Of a stretch of 43,408 bases of DNA, positions 6,715-15,093 are shown one piece after another. Source of the DNA: Opitutales bacterium (GTDB taxonomy: Bacteria > Verrucomicrobiota > Verrucomicrobiia > Opitutales > JAKPNF01); the NCBI GenBank assembly GCA_031556275.1, contig JAVBTG010000021.1:1-43408 (forward strand), read 5' to 3'. The position numbers and the translations under genes are program-made. Under the pieces are notes generated by a model that was not told the origin of the DNA, did no database searches, and worked only from the letters and a program-made list of their open reading frames with translations. Numbering within the stretch: position 1 is the first letter of the stretch; each line of letters opens with the position of its first letter.

Positions 6715-9336
6715 TTAGCGACGGCGGCGGATGGCCACGGTGAGCGCCAACAGGGCGAACAGGGCGAACAGGGCGGCGGACGCCGCCGGCTCGGGGATGA
6801 TCGTTGCTTGGAGTATTTTCTTGCCGGCGCCGTCAACCCAGGCGTAGTTGGCGGTGAGACCAACCAAACCTTGCGAGACATAGTCGAGATTATCTTCGCC
6901 CACCAGGGTGGTGACGGTGACCAGGTCGACAATGTCGCCGTTTTTCAGGCCCGAAATGCCGCCGAAGTCGATGGTGATCTCGGTGGCGCCTTCGATGGTG
7001 AGGCTGGAGATGGCGATGCCGGTGGCCAAGTCTGCCGCAGCAATCGTGACAGGGGCTCCGGCGGCGATGACGGTGTCGGAGAGTTTCGCCCCGGTCATGA
7101 GCACCATGGAGCTGACGCTCGTGTAGGAAGTCGCGAGCGGCGCCGCCACATTGCCGACGTAGAGGGTGCTGTTCACCGTCCCGTTGGCGCCGACGGACAA
7201 TACCGTGGCGCCGGAAACGATGCCGGTGCCTGAAACGTTGAGCGAGCCCGTGCCGGTGAGGCCGATGTTGAGCGCGGCCGTGGTGGTGCCTCCGGCGATG
7301 GCTAACTTGCCGCCCGTGACATTGACAATGCCTGTCGCAGTGGTCTGGCCGATCTCAAGGAGCCGATAAGCGCGCGCCTCGCCGCCCGTAATCGTCATGC
7401 TACCGCTGCCCGATCCCGTACCCACAACCAAACGGCCAGTTCCGAACTTGGCCGTGTCGTCGATGAGGTTGATTTCCGAGCCATCGCGCAGGTAAGTCCA
7501 CGCGGGGGCGTCCGAGAGACCGAAAGCCGTTGCCGCGGCGCCGGCGCCGCCGAGGTTGACGACGGTGTTGGAGAGGATTGTCTTCGCTGTGCTGACCTGG
7601 TTTTCCCAAATCCAAGCCGAAACGGTGGAATTGGCCCACACATGGCCGTCGGCGACGGCATCGCCGACGAGGAGCCTGCCGTTTACAGTGAAGTAGGAGT
7701 TTGTGAGATTCAGGCGAGAGCCCGTGGAGAGCGTCACGACGGTGTTTGCGTGGGATGCGGCCGAGACCGTTGCGTTTGTGGCGTAAATCGAACTGTTTGC
7801 CAATGAAATCAGCACCCCTCCCGCCAAATGTCCGCCTTGGGACACGGTAACCACGGAACCGGAAAGGCTGGTGCGGCCCATGTTCAAGATGCCGTTCGCG
7901 CCAATGGAAATCGTGCTGTTGATGAAGTTGGTGTGCGAAAAAATCACGTCGTCAGTCACCGCCGCCGCAACCGTTGACCCCAGATTGATGGTGGAGCCGC
8001 TGAATGTTGTACGAGAGGTGGCCGTGTCCGCCTCCAAAACGACTGTGTTGATGGTGGAATTGGTCAAAGTGCTGTTTTGCGTGCCTCCAAAACGCAGGCG
8101 AGTGCCCGCAGAGATGGTGGTGTTAGTCGCCGACAAGGTTCCCGAGGCGTAGTTGCCGGTCACGTTCAATGTCGATCCGGTCAGGGTGACTGCCGCCGTT
8201 GTCGCGGTGAGGCTGCCTGCGCTGATGGTGGAGTTGTTTGCGGACAAGACACCGGATGTGTAGTTGCCGGTCACATCCAATTTCGATCCTGTTAGGGTGA
8301 CTGTTTTCGCCGCCGTTGTCGAGCTGAGGTTATTCGCGCTGATGGTGGAATTGGTGGACGACAAGTTTCCCGCAATGTAGTTGCCGGTTACGCTCAATGT
8401 CGACCCGCTCACGGCGACGTTCGCCAAGGTCGTGGTGAGTGTTTGCGCGCTCACGCTTGAGCTGTTGGTGATGGTGATGGTCGACCCGGCTCCCGAGGCG
8501 GTGACAGTTTTAAACGAGCCGCTGCCGCCGTTGAACACCATCGTGGAGTTTGTCAGCAGCGAGAATGTGGAATTGGTGCTGTTAAATGTGCCGCCGTTGA
8601 CGGTCAGGCTGCTGGCGGAACCGATATTGCCGGACACACTCGTGTGGTTGAGCACCGAATGCGTCCCCATGGTGAGGTTGCCGATGCCGTAATCGTCGGC
8701 GGCGGTGTAGTTGCCGATGACAAGGTTACCGGTGACATTCATGGTGGCGTGCTGGCCTGCGAGCGAGCTTGTGCCATCGCCGAGTGTCAGGTAAGCGCGG
8801 CCCCACCGGCGCCCTAACTCCACGTTGCCGTTATTGATCCATGTGCTGGTGCCGTCGATATCAAGATACGCGTCAACGGTCTTGCCGAAATCAAGGAGCG
8901 TTTGAACCCCGCGCGACATCATCAGGAATTTTACGGTGACGGTGGAATTGTTTATTACGGAGACGGTGGAATTCTTGTTTTCTATGGTGGTGAGTCCGCC
9001 GCCGCCGATTGCAAAGCCCGAGGAAGTGTCACTCGTCGAAAATTTCGAATTTGATATCGTGAGCGAGCCGTTGCTGGTGGCGCCACGCCCGACGCCGAAA
9101 GTGGTGAACACAGCGGACCCCATGTCGACGTCTTCCATCCACGCGGCGTCCCCGTTGGTGACGGTGATTGCGTCGCCGTTCGCGGGGAGCGTGCCACCCC
9201 AGTTTTCAGGCGAGGACCACAAGTATTTGTTCTCGGAGTTGGAGAGCGTTTGCTGGAATGTTGCGCCGAACGCGTTGGCGAACGTGGCGAGCGCGAGGAG
9301 TGCGGGGATTAGGGCGATGCCTTTCATGGAATGCAT
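6715..9336 (-). CDS. large secreted beta-strand-repeat (adhesin-like) protein with PEP-CTERM sorting signal
   Basis: The signal peptide MHSMKGIALIPALLALATFANAFG follows the likely start at 9336 (or 9327). The body is T/S/N/G-rich with degenerate repeats. The C-terminus is IIPEPAASAALFALFALLALTVAIRRRR, that is PEP motif + TM helix + Arg cluster. The track start at 9438 adds 34 unlikely residues. Confidence 0.85.
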   Translation of the reverse strand: MHSMKGIALIPALLALATFANAFGATFQQTLSNSENKYLWSSPENWGGTLPANGDAITVTNGDAAWMEDVDMGSAVFTTFGVGRGATSNGSLTISNSKFSTSDTSSGFAIGGGGLTTIENKNSTVSVINNSTVTVKFLMMSRGVQTLLDFGKTVDAYLDIDGTSTWINNGNVELGRRWGRAYLTLGDGTSSLAGQHATMNVTGNLVIGNYTAADDYGIGNLTMGTHSVLNHTSVSGNIGSASSLTVNGGTFNSTNSTFSLLTNSTMVFNGGSGSFKTVTASGAGSTITITNSSSVSAQTLTTTLANVAVSGSTLSVTGNYIAGNLSSTNSTISANNLSSTTAAKTVTLTGSKLDVTGNYTSGVLSANNSTISAGSLTATTAAVTLTGSTLNVTGNYASGTLSATNTTISAGTRLRFGGTQNSTLTNSTINTVVLEADTATSRTTFSGSTINLGSTVAAAVTDDVIFSHTNFINSTISIGANGILNMGRTSLSGSVVTVSQGGHLAGGVLISLANSSIYATNATVSAASHANTVVTLSTGSRLNLTNSYFTVNGRLLVGDAVADGHVWANSTVSAWIWENQVSTAKTILSNTVVNLGGAGAAATAFGLSDAPAWTYLRDGSEINLIDDTAKFGTGRLVVGTGSGSGSMTITGGEARAYRLLEIGQTTATGIVNVTGGKLAIAGGTTTAALNIGLTGTGSLNVSGTGIVSGATVLSVGANGTVNSTLYVGNVAAPLATSYTSVSSMVLMTGAKLSDTVIAAGAPVTIAAADLATGIAISSLTIEGATEITIDFGGISGLKNGDIVDLVTVTTLVGEDNLDYVSQGLVGLTANYAWVDGAGKKILQATIIPEPAASAALFALFALLALTVAIRRRR
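8108..8490 (-). repeat. in-frame tandem coding repeats (units of 111-117 nt)
   Basis: Units begin at 8149, 8260 and 8377 on the plus strand, each with gtagttgccggt(c/t)ac. They encode ...TLTGS(K/T)L(D/N)VTGNY(T/A)SG(V/T)LSA(N/T)N(S/T)TISAG... three times, plus partial flanking copies. Confidence 0.8.
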
Positions 9337-9865
9337 GAGGGGGATAGGTGAGGATAAAAAAGAGGGGGATAAATGAGTGTTTTTGAAAAAACGTTTTTGC
9401 GTTTTTTGAAGATAGCGTCCGTTCGCATCGGAAGGCAAGGCTTATTTATAGGTTTTGTGCTTTTCTGCCAAAAAATTACAAGCTGCGGCGCGGCGATCTG
9501 GCGGGCTCAAGGAAGGAAGAGATATGCGTGGTTAATCGGCCAAAAAACGGGGCGTATGAAAGCGGCGGATAAAAATCGAGCGGTGGCCTGTGCTGGGTTA
9601 TGCCAAAACGCCGATATCTGCTGCTTTTCAATAAAAATGACATTTAATTCATTGATGTAAAATAGATTACATATTTTGAGATGTTTTGGAGTGTCTGTGT
9701 CACTCATTGTGTTTGACTCAAATGTAATTATGGGGTGTGATATAGACTGGTAAGGGTATAGATTGAGGCTCTGTCACGGTGACGGATATCTTTTTCTAGA
9801 ACCTTGCCAAATGTTGGGTTTTTTTGATAGGATTTATGCCAACGGGTAGCACTTATCGCACAGCC

Positions 9866-10624
9866 ATGAAAAAGACAGCCATCTCACTCTTTGTGATTGC
9901 CACGCTTGCGCTCAATGCCGCGCAAATGACGACGACGCAGACCCCGCTCATCGCGGAGAACGACGCCATCATGCGCGAGTTGTTCACGGGTATCGACGAC
10001 TCGGGCGCATCGTCGACTTGGGGCACCACGCGTTTGAACATGTCGGAGGTTTTCGGCGTCGATTTCGACTCCGGCAAATACGACGTGCGTGTGGTTGCGC
10101 TCTCCACCAATTTCGGCATCCAGGGTCAGAACCTCGGGGTCTTCAACGCTTACGGCGTGGAAGGCAGCATGACGCAGGTTCCCGACGGCTACCGCTCCTA
10201 CGAGGGGCAGGAGTCCTTCATCTCCTACGCCGAGGGCGAAGCGCCCAGCTTCTTGGCCTACAGCGCCCTGTTGGACAAGACCTATAACCTGATGGACAAC
10301 TCCAACGGGATTTTCGGCTGGGAGGAAACGTCGGTTTCCACTTGGTACTACGAGACGGACGCGGACGGCGTGGTGCAGCTCAAGCAAAGCGACCTCAAGA
10401 CGCTCCTCGTGGGCTTTGAGGACAGCAACGGCATCTGGGACTGGGACCACAACGACTTGATCTGGGCCGTCCAGATCGTCGAAAAAGACCAAGCCGGCTT
10501 GGCTTCCAAGTATACCTCCCAGCCCAGCGGCCAGCCTCTTCCCGGCGTGTTGGCCTGCCTGTTCGCCGCGGCGATCGCGCTGCCGGCCTACGCCCGTATC
10601 AAGAAGGGCAAGGCCAAGGCGTAA
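9866..10624 (+). CDS. secreted DUF4114-like protein with non-canonical PLPG C-terminal sorting signal
   Basis: The start at the internal ATG at 9866 gives the signal peptide MKKTAISLFVIATLALNAAQ. LVGFEDSNGIWDWDHNDLIWAVQIV matches the DUF4114 FED...D(Y/H)ND(L)(V/I) motif. The tail is GQPLPGVLACLFAAAIALPAYARIKKGKAKA, that is proline motif + hydrophobic helix + basic cluster. Confidence 0.7.
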   Translation: MKKTAISLFVIATLALNAAQMTTTQTPLIAENDAIMRELFTGIDDSGASSTWGTTRLNMSEVFGVDFDSGKYDVRVVALSTNFGIQGQNLGVFNAYGVEGSMTQVPDGYRSYEGQESFISYAEGEAPSFLAYSALLDKTYNLMDNSNGIFGWEETSVSTWYYETDADGVVQLKQSDLKTLLVGFEDSNGIWDWDHNDLIWAVQIVEKDQAGLASKYTSQPSGQPLPGVLACLFAAAIALPAYARIKKGKAKA

Positions 10625-10655
10625 GCCTAAGGATGTTGCTTGAATTTTGATTTTA

Positions 10656-10688
10656 ACACGAGGCCCTGTAATGGGCCTCGTGTTTTTT
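10656..10688 (+). terminator. rho-independent terminator
   Basis: ACACGAGGCCC-tgtaat-GGGCCTCGTGT followed by tttttt. Confidence 0.8.
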
Positions 10689-10727
10689 AATCACCGGGGG
10701 TAGAACTTTAAAAAACACTAAAAATAA

Positions 10728-13061
10728 ATGGCTGCGAAGAAAAAATTACGGACCGTGTCCATTTTTGTGGCACTCGTGTTGTTGGTGATGACCGTCGGTG
10801 CGATGGTTTATTTTTCGGTGTTCCACGACAAGACGTCCGCGCAGCTCATCTTGGCCAAGGCCGCCCTCGATAGCGGGGACAAGGAGAAGGCGTACAATAT
10901 CTACCACGCCATATCGCTGGCCGATAAAACCTCGGAGGAGACGTACCGGGCGCTGGCGGAACTTTCGGAGGAAAGATCGGACTACAAGGCCGCCGGATAT
11001 TTCTGGGCGCAGGCGGCGAGGCTCAATCCGCTGGACAAAACCCTTGGCGCCAAGGCGCTGGAGTGCGTCGCCGTTTCCCGAAGCGACAACCTGCTGGCCA
11101 TCCGATACGAAGAGGTGCAGGACAAGGCGGGCCTGCCCGAGGATTTGCGCTTCACGATCGCGATGACGCTTTTGCGGCTGAGAAAGACCGCCGACTTGGA
11201 CGCCCTGTATCAGACCTTCGAGACCGCGCAGTATAAGGATTTGCTGGACGCCTACAAGCTCATCGCGGAGCGCAAGGGCATGGATTTGGCGCAGAAGATT
11301 TTTGAGGACGCCTCGGCCTCCAAAAACAGGGCGGTGGCCAACCAGGCCCTAATGGGGCTGGCCATCTGCAAGTCGATGACGGACAATATCGATCTGGCCC
11401 TCTCCCTGCTCGAGCGGATCGAGGATCCCGCCTTGGCACTCAAGGGCGACAAACTCATATTTGAGGGCCGCCTGCTGCGCTCAAAGGGCGACGGCAAAAA
11501 GGCCTTGGAGAAATTCACGCAGGCTGAGCGCCTGCAGCGGGGGAACCTGATCCTCGTCGTCGAATTGGCGGAGCTGGCCTACTCGATGGAGAACGCACAG
11601 GTGCTTGAGCAATTGCTCGAAAGCCTCGCGGCCTACAATAAGGACATGCTGACGCTGCGGTACTATTTCGCGGGGCTGCTGGCGGGCGTGAACCATAACT
11701 GGAGCGAGGCGGCCAAGAATTTGGAGATCTCGGGCAATTTTAGAAAGACGCTGCCCGCGCGGCTGCTCGCGATCAAGTGCGCGACGGAGAACAACGACGC
11801 CAACCTCGCGGCGCTGGGTTTGGCGGCGCTGCCCGTTCAGGACTTGTCGCCCCAGATGCGCGTGAACATCGTGAACGCGCTGGTGCCGCTGCTGAAAAAG
11901 AACCAGGGCAACAAGAACCTCTACAACGCGATGTACAAGCTCGCGCCGGATAATATTTTCACGAACGCCTTGGTCATGCGGGATTCGTTGGAAAAAGGTG
12001 AATTCGCAAACGCGATGAGCGAGGCGGAGAAAGTCCTTGCGGCGGATCCCTACGACAAGGCGTCGGTCGTGGTCGCCTGCGTCGCGGCGCTGAACCTGAA
12101 GCGGCCCGACGTGGTGTTGAAGCGCGCCGCCATATATTTGGAGAAAAATCCGGATGACATCGACCTGCGCCTGCTGGTGGCGCGCGCCTACATCCAAAAG
12201 GGCGATCTGGCGCAGGCCAAAGCCAATTACATGCTGGCCTTGCGGGCCAGCGACAACGCGGCGATCGTCGCGGAGGAGGCCGGCTTTTTCTTCGTGTACA
12301 ACAACTTTGAGGCGGATTTGAAGGCGCTGCTCGCGACGCTGGGGACGAAGGAGTCCGCCGTGCAAAAATCGCTGGGCTTGGCGCTGGAGGCGGAGGCTTT
12401 GATCCGCGCCGCCGACCGCGCGGGCGCGGCGGAAAAGCTGCGGGCAGCCATAAAGCTCACGCCTAAGGCGGAGCCTCTGTACGGCGTTTTGGCGGCCTGT
12501 TATATTGCCTTGGGCAAAGGGCCGCAGGCGCGCGAAGTGTTCGAGGAAGGCATCGCGGCGACGGGCGGGATGAATCTGAAATTCCAATTCGCGCTGCTTT
12601 TGTGCGAGGGTTCCAAGGAAGAGGCCGCCGAGGCGTTGGCCATTTTGAAGGCGCTGAACGCGGCGCGCCCGAACGACAAGAACATACTGATGATGACGGC
12701 CGTCGCGCAGCTCAAACTCGGGGCCGCGGAGGACGCCTTGGACTCGGCCCGAAAAGCGCAGGAACTGGCGCCCAACGCTCCAGGCATCTTTTTCCTGATC
12801 GGCAAAATCATGTTCGAGCTCGGGCGGCACGACGGGGCGACTTACAATTTTGAGCGCGCGATCCTGCAGGACGAGAACAACCCGGAAATCAAAAAAATGC
12901 TGATAAAGGCGCTGGAGATGGGGATCGCCGCCAACCCGCCGCAGATGCAAAAACGCCTGTATCTCGAGAGACTTTTGAGGTTCAACCCCACGGACGAAAA
13001 GGCCAAGGCGATGCTGGACGGCATCAACAAGGCCATTTCCGAGAGCCGCAATGCAAAATAG
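10728..13061 (+). CDS. membrane-anchored tetratricopeptide-repeat protein (PEP-CTERM system TPR protein-like)
   Basis: 777 aa. The N-terminal anchor is KKLRTVSIFVALVLLVMTVGAMVYFSVF. The rest is A/L/K/E-rich with repeated ...A...Y..A..L.P.. TPR-like units. It overlaps the downstream exosortase gene by 11 nt. Confidence 0.75.
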   Translation: MAAKKKLRTVSIFVALVLLVMTVGAMVYFSVFHDKTSAQLILAKAALDSGDKEKAYNIYHAISLADKTSEETYRALAELSEERSDYKAAGYFWAQAARLNPLDKTLGAKALECVAVSRSDNLLAIRYEEVQDKAGLPEDLRFTIAMTLLRLRKTADLDALYQTFETAQYKDLLDAYKLIAERKGMDLAQKIFEDASASKNRAVANQALMGLAICKSMTDNIDLALSLLERIEDPALALKGDKLIFEGRLLRSKGDGKKALEKFTQAERLQRGNLILVVELAELAYSMENAQVLEQLLESLAAYNKDMLTLRYYFAGLLAGVNHNWSEAAKNLEISGNFRKTLPARLLAIKCATENNDANLAALGLAALPVQDLSPQMRVNIVNALVPLLKKNQGNKNLYNAMYKLAPDNIFTNALVMRDSLEKGEFANAMSEAEKVLAADPYDKASVVVACVAALNLKRPDVVLKRAAIYLEKNPDDIDLRLLVARAYIQKGDLAQAKANYMLALRASDNAAIVAEEAGFFFVYNNFEADLKALLATLGTKESAVQKSLGLALEAEALIRAADRAGAAEKLRAAIKLTPKAEPLYGVLAACYIALGKGPQAREVFEEGIAATGGMNLKFQFALLLCEGSKEEAAEALAILKALNAARPNDKNILMMTAVAQLKLGAAEDALDSARKAQELAPNAPGIFFLIGKIMFELGRHDGATYNFERAILQDENNPEIKKMLIKALEMGIAANPPQMQKRLYLERLLRFNPTDEKAKAMLDGINKAISESRNAK

Positions 13062-13884
13062 GTTTTTCAGGCATATCGCCAAATATCCTTTTGGCATGAA
13101 GGCGTTGATCGCCTTCGTGATGCTGTGGAGCTTGTGGAACGCGTGCAACTCGTCCCTGAAGGAGTCGGCGTTGGCGCTCTGGGGGCTGGGGTTGGCGATG
13201 TTTTTTGTCTCGTGGAGGGAGTACAACCCAAGCGCGATTTCGCCGTTTATTTTGAAGGCGATCGCGTTCGGGCTGGTCGGGCTGAGTTTTCTTTTTTCCG
13301 GCCCGAACGAATGGTGCCTGTTTTTGATAGCGCTGGGGACGGGGGTGTTTTTCGACAAGCTCAAGGCGCCGCAAAAATTGGTCTTCCCCTTCCTCATCTG
13401 GATATGGGCGGTGCCCAACTGCGAGAATTTGCACCTGATCATCAGCCACCCGATGCGCGTGATCGGCGCGATTGTCTCGGCCGGGGTGCTGAATCTTTTC
13501 GGGATATCGGCCGCCGCCGACGGCACGATGATAAACATCGACGGGATGCCGGTGGCCATCACCACGGCGTGCAGCGGCGTCGAGCAGTTGGAGGCGATGG
13601 TCCTGGTCGGGTGGCTGTGCGCCAGCTACATGCACCGAAAGACGCTTTTGCGCCTGGTGCATTTCTCGACGATCATACCGATTATTTTGGCGTGCAATAT
13701 CCTGCGCCTGACCGTCACGCTCGCGGGGGCGCACAAGTACGGCGAGGTGTTTTTGTCCGACACGGTGCACACGGCGCTGGGCTTTGCCACGGTGTTTTTG
13801 GTGTTGTTGATTTTTGTGGGGGTGGGGGAACTTTTCCGCGAACGGCCCGACGAAAAACCCGCCGAGGCGAAGGAGGCTCAATGA
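13051..13884 (+). CDS. exosortase family protein
   Basis: 277-aa polytopic protein with the exosortase catalytic landmarks in order: TTAC(174)SGVEQL, ACN(216)ILR(219)LTV, DTVH(240)TALG. An alternative start is the ATG at 13096. Confidence 0.85.
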   Translation: MQNRFFRHIAKYPFGMKALIAFVMLWSLWNACNSSLKESALALWGLGLAMFFVSWREYNPSAISPFILKAIAFGLVGLSFLFSGPNEWCLFLIALGTGVFFDKLKAPQKLVFPFLIWIWAVPNCENLHLIISHPMRVIGAIVSAGVLNLFGISAAADGTMINIDGMPVAITTACSGVEQLEAMVLVGWLCASYMHRKTLLRLVHFSTIIPIILACNILRLTVTLAGAHKYGEVFLSDTVHTALGFATVFLVLLIFVGVGELFRERPDEKPAEAKEAQ

Positions 13885-14981
13885 AGCCGTTGCTCAAAAA
13901 CATCCTGTTCGCGCTGGCCGCCTTGCCACTGCTTTTAAAGGTGCCCTACCTGACGATGGTGTGGCGCGACACGCCCCTCGACAGCAAGGATATGTATATT
14001 TGGATGTCGCTGCCGGTAGTCGCGTTTCTCTCGGAGGTCATCCGCAGGCGGCTGGGGATTTTCGGCGACGTGAACAATTACAAAAGGCTCACGGCCTGCG
14101 TGCTGGGGTTGGCGGTCGTGGCGTATGCCGTCGTGGCGTTCAAGGTGAACGCCGCCGGGATATTGCTGGGGATCATGATCCTGTCGCTGGCGGTGGAGCT
14201 GCGCTTCGGCCGCAGGATTTTCGTCTCGCAGTTTCCGACGATGTTTTTCGCCGTGCTGTCCTGCCCGTCGCTCTCGTACTGGCTGGACTACTATCTGCAC
14301 ACGGGCATCAGCGAGTCCACCTCTTATTTTCTGATAAAGATATCGTTGGGGATTTCGTTCTTCGCCTTTTGGAATTTGCGCACGCTGGCGAAGGGGCGCT
14401 ATCCGCGGATATCGTCGGTGCTGTTTTTTGTCTTTGCGCTGTTCGCGCTTTTCTTCCTGAAAATCCGCACGCAGACGCTCGAGGCGGGGGCCCCGTTCGA
14501 CATCAACACGGCTAAGCTGCACGCCGCCGACTGGATTTGCGAAAAAATCCCCGTGAGCGCGGCCGACCGGAAGTTTTTCGCGTCCAGCCCGATTGAGCGC
14601 AGGGCCTATTTCAACGACGACTCCAACGTCAATTTGCTCGCGCTGAAGGTGAACGACATCTCCGCCGTCCACCCCATTGGGATTTGCCTGAAAAGCGCCG
14701 GTTACGACGTGTCCTCCTCGAGGCAGATTTATGTGGAGGTGGCGGGCCGCCGCATACAGGTGAACGAGCTGAGGATCTCCAACGAGGGTAGGGAATACAT
14801 GGGCTATGCCTTCTTTTCCAACGGGCGGCTCACGACGGGGGATTTTACGAAATTCCGGTTCTCGAACGCGCGGCAGAATAGATGGATGCATTATCAGATC
14901 ATCGCGCCGTTCACCGAGAGCGAGGAAATCTCGCGGGCGAGGGTGCTGAGCCTTTTGGAGAATTTTGGGACGACGCGCTGA
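13881..14981 (+). CDS. membrane protein with divergent exosortase-like N-terminal domain fused to an EpsI-like C-terminal domain
   Basis: Real start is the ATG at 13881, preceded by AGGAGG (13871..13876) and overlapping the exosortase stop (ATGA). The track ORF 13125..14981 fuses it to an out-of-frame shadow. The first ~200 residues hold about 6 TM helices. The C-terminal ~150 aa (..NLLALKVNDISAVHPIGICLKSAGYDV..) resembles the EpsI family H-P-x-x-C-(L/Y)-x-x-x-G motif. Confidence 0.7.
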   Translation: MKPLLKNILFALAALPLLLKVPYLTMVWRDTPLDSKDMYIWMSLPVVAFLSEVIRRRLGIFGDVNNYKRLTACVLGLAVVAYAVVAFKVNAAGILLGIMILSLAVELRFGRRIFVSQFPTMFFAVLSCPSLSYWLDYYLHTGISESTSYFLIKISLGISFFAFWNLRTLAKGRYPRISSVLFFVFALFALFFLKIRTQTLEAGAPFDINTAKLHAADWICEKIPVSAADRKFFASSPIERRAYFNDDSNVNLLALKVNDISAVHPIGICLKSAGYDVSSSRQIYVEVAGRRIQVNELRISNEGREYMGYAFFSNGRLTTGDFTKFRFSNARQNRWMHYQIIAPFTESEEISRARVLSLLENFGTTR

Positions 14982-15019
14982 GTCGGGCGGCGGAAGTTTT
15001 TTAAGATGGCGGCGGGCGG

Positions 15020-15048
15020 TTGATTTTTGGCCGAACCGGGCGTATTTT
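15020..15048 (+). promoter_or_regulatory. possible sigma-70-type promoter (TTGATT-17-TATTTT)
   Basis: The hexamers have 17-nt spacing and lie about 45 nt upstream of the permease ATG. This is a pattern match only. Confidence 0.3.
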
Positions 15049-15093
15049 GTGTGAGATTTCCCTGCAGAGAATACGCACTCCACGCACGCCGCC

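Noticed and set aside
8108-8490. Tandem repeats that might suggest a CRISPR-like or satellite array.
   Set aside because: The units are 111-117 nt, contiguous without spacers, in frame, and encode the repeat module of the PEP-CTERM protein. They are coding repeats, not CRISPR.
9373-9660. 95-aa ORF (and the 66-aa minus-strand ORF 9507..9707) inside the long intergenic region.
   Set aside because: There is no RBS, the composition is odd and C/R/K-rich, and I recognise no family. The region is more likely non-coding regulatory DNA.
11481-13565. 694-aa minus-strand ORF opposite the TPR and exosortase genes.
   Set aside because: It is R/Q/L/H-rich nonsense-like sequence that overlaps two well-supported plus-strand genes, so it is a shadow ORF.
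13125-13880. N-terminal 252 aa of the 618-aa track ORF 13125..14981.
   Set aside because: It is an out-of-frame overlap with the exosortase gene and is G/R/D/V-rich. The real start of the downstream gene is the ATG at 13881, which has an AGGAGG site.
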